A stretch of DNA of 63,341 bases, counting the filler, from Saprolegnia diclina VS20 (Eukaryota): NCBI RefSeq assembly GCF_000281045.1. It is 7 parts of one record of this genome, joined end to end, with 100 filler letters (N's around TTAATTAATTAA, not from the genome) between each part and the next. Parts side by side here need not be neighbours in the genome. Positions count along the whole stretch, not along the records: positions 58,922 to 63,341 come from NW_008246091.1; 6 more parts are not named here. The stretch is one strand, 5' to 3'. Under the pieces are notes generated by a model. It was not told the origin of the DNA and made no database searches. It saw nothing but the letters and a program-made list of their open reading frames with translations. The translations under genes were made by a program, and so were the position numbers. Each line of letters begins with the position of its first letter. Within the stretch, counting starts at the first letter, position 1. Shown here piece after piece: positions 58,922 through 63,341 of the stretch.

Positions 58922-59794
58922 ACTTGCACGGGCGCTCGCCCATGTGAGCCCTTCGTCGGTCGTCGATACTCAACATCTAAGCCTCAATCCGCCGTGGTCG
59001 CGCGTAGATTGGACGCTGCTTGCCGACACTCTAGGCCCAGCGCTGCGCATACATGTATACGTAGGTGGATGTCGTCGTCCATCGGCAGCGCCAGCACTCC
59101 TTGCCCCTCCCGGCGCCCGCGCTTCTCCTGCCTGCTCTTCCAGTCCTCACTCTCTCAGCCATGCTCCTCCGAGCGGCCTTCGCTACTCTCGACCATGCGC
59201 CGAGCGTTCTCTTCCGTGCGCTGCGTTTTTCACTCCCGCTCTAAGCGGCCTGGTGCGCGCTGTCAGCCAATCCGTAGCGATAGCGATAGCTATAGATTCA
59301 ACTCCCATTGGAGCACATCGCTTAGCACACCGCTAAAATATGAGAAAGGTCGGTTATATCGGACTTGGCTATAGCTATAGCGGCGGCGCGTTGGAGATGC
59401 TCTCATGATTGTAAAGTCTGCATGTCAGACATCGTGCAATGACAGTTCGCAGAGGTGGCGTCGCCAAACTAGTGGCTACTTGTCAAGAACCAACTTGATT
59501 GTTCCATTGAAAGGGCATCCGTTGGTCTCGCGACGCGTCCACCACCATGTACCAGCAACGACCAGCACATTGCGCGCAAGCTGGTCAAGATTGGGTCGAC
59601 TCTATAGCGCGTAAGGATCGAACTGAAGGATCTACGACAGCGTCGATGGGAGCAACACACACGGGTTGTGCTGGCACCTCAACGTCGGCGCTGCGCATTC
59701 GTTCGAGTTATGCACCGAGGCGCTTGCTTGTCGGCGTCCACGCAGGAAAACATTATACAAGAAGCATGCAAAATACTTGCACTTTTAGCAGTGA

Positions 59795-61309
59795 CTACGC
59801 GGGTGCCAGCCGCGGCGTGCGGCTTGGCGAGTGGAACCACCCGCCAAAGTACTCGATGCCATGCAGCGCCGCAAGTTGTGCGACGTAGTTTCGGTCCAGA
59901 CGTGGCGCGCCATTGCACGCAATGACCAATTTCATGCGCGACGTCGCACGAAAGGCTGCCAAGAGGCGCTGGCGCAAAGCCACGTCGTGCGAGTCGTCGG
60001 CCGTCATGTCCAGCCACACAGACTGCGTGTTTCGCGTGAGGAAAAACACGGCGGTCACAAGCATCTCGGTCTCGATCGAAACGGGAAGGTGCACGTAGCA
60101 TGCTTGTCTCTGGCTACTGAGCACGCGTGGCAGCACACTCAGGATCGTTTCAAGCTGGTCGTTGGGTAAGGTTGCCTCTGCGAGGTTGAGCCGGACGAGC
60201 GAGTCGGAAGCTGCGAGCTGCGCTGACAAACTTGCTACAGCTTCACTCGTCATGGTCACTGCCCACAGGTCAAGCTCCTGGAGCTTTGGTAGCGTCGGGA
60301 ACGTCGCCATCGTGACACTCGAGAGGCGGAGTCTTCTAACTGTCCGCGGGAAGGTGGCCATGATGGACAAGAGGTCGCGCAACTCAGAAAAGCGAAGATC
60401 CAAGCTGTGGATGGTCGTTTGTGATAGCTTGGCTGCAATTGTCGATGAATCGACCGAGGTGAGCCCAAAATGGAGCGCGAAGTTGCGCAGTTGTCGGGGC
60501 AGCGGTGGGGAGCTCGGGTAAAAAAACGCGTCAACGACGTTTGAAGAGCCAAAGAGCTTGATCGTTTGGAGCGTCGTTGACGAGAGAAGCGTGTGTGCCA
60601 TGACCTTGGCGGCGCGCGGCGCAAAGTCGATTTTGAGGAGCTTGAACACACGTGCATTTGGTTGAGACAGCCACGGAAGAAGGCTCTTGCAGCATTTCAG
60701 ATTCACAACCGTCGGGGAGAAGAGGCGCAAATGGGCAAGGCGCGGGCACGAGGCAGTGACGGCCGCCATGACGTCGTCCAGCTGCGCTTGATCAACGGCA
60801 TCGTCCCAATTGATGTAAAGCTCCTGAAGGTTAGTACATGGAGCAAGTTCGCGCGCAAGGTCACGTCTCTCGAGCGGCGTGGACTCCGCGCTAAAGACGA
60901 GGCGCACAATGCTCGGTACCCAGCTGCCAAACTTGGATTCGAGATCATGCACGTTGTCGACGGTCACGTAGACATTGGCGGTCGGCGGAAGCGGCGTGCG
61001 GCAGCAATAGTCGCCGACTCGAGGGTTGTACGGGTGGATCAATAGCTTGCCAAATGCTGGCAGTGCCTTGATTACTGTCGCCTCGTCCAATTTTATCAAG
61101 ACGTCCACTTCCGCCGTCGGCCACAAGAACTCGTCGTGTGTGAGGAGCGTCACAAGTGCATCGAGGGCCTCGTCACGAGCGTCACTCGGCACCGCATGTA
61201 GACAGGCCAAGACGTCGCTGGCTTCATCGAGATAGTGGACGACTTGGAGGACGATCGGCGGCAGCAACCATCGTCCTGCGTTCGCCTTGGCGCGCTTCGC
61301 CTTGGTCAT
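59795..61309 (-). CDS. Divergent IVQCL/LRR-like family protein, 504 aa
   Basis: MTKAKRAK...LLPPIVLQVVHYLDEASDVLACLHAVP...LDALVTLL...LWP then CTNLQELYI, CPRLAHLRL, LPKLQELDL repeats; ends FHSP. Confidence 0.85.
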   Translation of the reverse strand: MTKAKRAKANAGRWLLPPIVLQVVHYLDEASDVLACLHAVPSDARDEALDALVTLLTHDEFLWPTAEVDVLIKLDEATVIKALPAFGKLLIHPYNPRVGDYCCRTPLPPTANVYVTVDNVHDLESKFGSWVPSIVRLVFSAESTPLERRDLARELAPCTNLQELYINWDDAVDQAQLDDVMAAVTASCPRLAHLRLFSPTVVNLKCCKSLLPWLSQPNARVFKLLKIDFAPRAAKVMAHTLLSSTTLQTIKLFGSSNVVDAFFYPSSPPLPRQLRNFALHFGLTSVDSSTIAAKLSQTTIHSLDLRFSELRDLLSIMATFPRTVRRLRLSSVTMATFPTLPKLQELDLWAVTMTSEAVASLSAQLAASDSLVRLNLAEATLPNDQLETILSVLPRVLSSQRQACYVHLPVSIETEMLVTAVFFLTRNTQSVWLDMTADDSHDVALRQRLLAAFRATSRMKLVIACNGAPRLDRNYVAQLAALHGIEYFGGWFHSPSRTPRLAPA

Positions 61310-61366
61310 GCTCGACGCACAGCAGCTCGCAAACTGAATTTTGCCGACTGTGTCCAAGGATCTCCG

Positions 61367-61660
61367 TACCTGCCGACCATCATTGACACCACTAATAGGG
61401 GGTTTCAAAGTTGAAAATGGAGATTTCAATGGAGTTCGAAAAAATGGACTTTCGAAAATACGGCGCGCTGATTGGACAAAAAGGAAGCGAATTTCTTCCT
61501 TGTCGTTGCAATCTCCAGGCAAGGAAGAAATTCGCTTTCTTTTTGTCCAACCAGCGCGCCGTGTATTCGATAGTCCATTTTTTCGAACTCCATTGAAATC
61601 TCCATTTTCAACTTTGAAACTCCTTATTAGTGGGTGTCAATGATGGATGGTCGGCAGGTA
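61367..61660. mobile_element. MITE/foldback-like palindromic element, TA-flanked
   Basis: ~140-bp arms TA-CCTGCCGACCATCATTGACACC... / ...GGTGTCAATGATGGATGGTCGGCAGG-TA pair almost to the centre (~14-nt loop) with few mismatches; non-coding. Confidence 0.8.
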
Positions 61661-61986
61661 ATAGTGGGTAATAGTAGGAGTTTTTCAGGTAGGATTTTGC
61701 GCGATCTGATTGGCCAAAACTGAGTCCATTCATCGCTGGCATATATTCTGGATGCGTGTATTTAGTCAATATATCCGTGATTGTCAGCACCGGCTAGCGA
61801 AAGCTATTCTTGTATATTGCAGTGGTTTCAATGTTGAGACAGTGTATGCCGAAATCTTGTGTGGAGCCGGTCTCCTCACCGAACCGAGCAAATGTATTGG
61901 GCAAACAACTGGACCCTCAGAGCATCTCCACCCGTCCACGCCATTTGGACAAGCCAACGCAATTTTTATGTCGGCGAATTCAGTGC

Positions 61987-62034
61987 GCCAGAATTAAATT
62001 GAGGGCTAGAGCCAGAATTAAATTGAGGGCTAGA
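61987..62034. repeat. 24-bp tandem repeat x2 (GCCAGAATTAAATTGAGGGCTAGA) next to an N gap
   Basis: Two exact adjacent copies. Confidence 0.85.
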
Positions 62035-63341
62035 ATTGCGTTTTANNNNNNNNNNNNNNNNNNNNNNNNNNNNNNNNNNNNNNNNNNNNNNNNNNNNNNN
62101 NNNNNNNNNNNNNNNNNNNNNNNNNNNNNNNNNNNNNNNNNNNNNNNNNNNNNNNNNNNNNNNNNNNNNNNNNNNNNNNNNNNNNNNNNNNNNNNNNNNN
62201 NNNNNNNNNNNNNNNNNNNNNNNNNNNNNNNNNNNNNNNNNNNNNNNNNNNNNNNNNNNNNNNNNNNNNNNNNNNNNNNNNNNNNNNNNNNNNNNNNNNN
62301 NNNNNNNNNNNNNNNNNNNNNNNNNNNNNNNNNNNNNNNNNNNNNNNNNNNNNNNNNNNNNNNNNNNNNNNNNNNNNNNNNNNNNNNNNNNNNNNNNNNN
62401 NNNNNNNNNNNNNNNNNNNNNNNNNNNNNNNNNNNNNNNNNNNNNNNNNNNNNNNNNNNNCTAGACATGAATGTGAGTGTTGAAGTTGAATGCGTTGCAG
62501 CAATGTTGAGATCTTCGGCGGTTATCCGGATACACCATACATCATCTGCCCGCAATTCCGAAATTGCGTTGGCGGGTCAAATAGCGTGTCCGGTGGGGGT
62601 GTTTTTTTTGCTCACACGCTATTTTTTTGAGAAAATTGCGATAGCGTGCCAAATGGCGAGACCGGTGGAGATGCTCTCAGCCGCAGGATTCACCGATTTT
62701 TGTATGGCGTGATACCCCCTCTTTTTTATTGACCCATGCCTTGCATCGATCTCGCTACGTGGCAGTCGCACAGCGCACTTAATGATACCGCTCCGCCTAT
62801 CAGAGGACATCATTTTCTTCGTGTGCAAACCAGACACGATCTGTGCGTTGTTCCAGTCCAGGACTGGACGTTTCTGATTGGCTAAATCGGTCTATGACGT
62901 GGCAGCCGGAGATCATCGGTAGTGCTTCCATCCTCCGAGCTTCGTGGCATTTTGGGGCGATTCGGTGCAAAATACTGCCACAAACCGCTCTTAAATTGAG
63001 ATGTTGATTGAGTTGAGTTGCCCGTCACTCCTCACTGAGGCTGGAAGCTAATACAGTCCCTACGCCCTTTGCGCCTTCTGGCACTCCTGCGTATCAAAGC
63101 AACACATGCACTCTGGCGTGGCGTCCCTAAACTTCTTACTACACTCGAATCCTGCATCTGGATTGGTTTGGACTCTCTGTACCCACATCCAGCGTCAGCC
63201 AGATGACACTCCATGGGATATCCCACGCCGCCAACGCGGCAGTTTTCTCTGCAGTTTGTCTATCTCGACATTTTCTTTAGCATTTTGAGCCAGAGCGCGA
63301 TATCATTTGTCCAAGCTATAGGTTACGACTACTCTACAATT

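Noticed and set aside
61987..62034. Possible CRISPR-like repeat
   Set aside because: Two adjacent copies with no spacer, in a eukaryotic context.

Overview
Eukaryotic, GC-rich, gene-dense draft scaffold that reads as an oomycete, most likely Saprolegniales. This is inferred from the gene families, short 41-57 nt GT-AG introns, Inr-like YCATTYY and CCAAT promoter motifs, and strong GC3 bias. Six 100-nt N44-TTAATTAATTAA-N44 linkers and several plain N gaps mean adjacency across them is not guaranteed. Recognisable genes: an inverted pair of near-identical GH28 polygalacturonases; a GH17 glucanase plus a likely catalytically dead, membrane-anchored GH17 paralog; a plant-type arginase/agmatinase; TPX2; RPS10, RPL15 and RPL10; a stand-alone ET-domain ORF; two multi-pass membrane proteins; a mitochondrial carrier; a Sel1-repeat protein; a spliced PX-domain protein; a Myb protein; a nucleoredoxin; and a truncated ABCC transporter. 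Most interesting accessory content: about ten intact or decaying copies of an uncharacterised 'IVQCL' N-terminal-motif + LRR-like family; an eroded histone-H3-like ORF; a cluster of related 63-78 aa acidic micro-ORFs; a ~290 bp palindromic TA-flanked MITE-like element just upstream of an LRR-family gene; and two dispersed repeats. No tRNA, rRNA or CRISPR could be supported.
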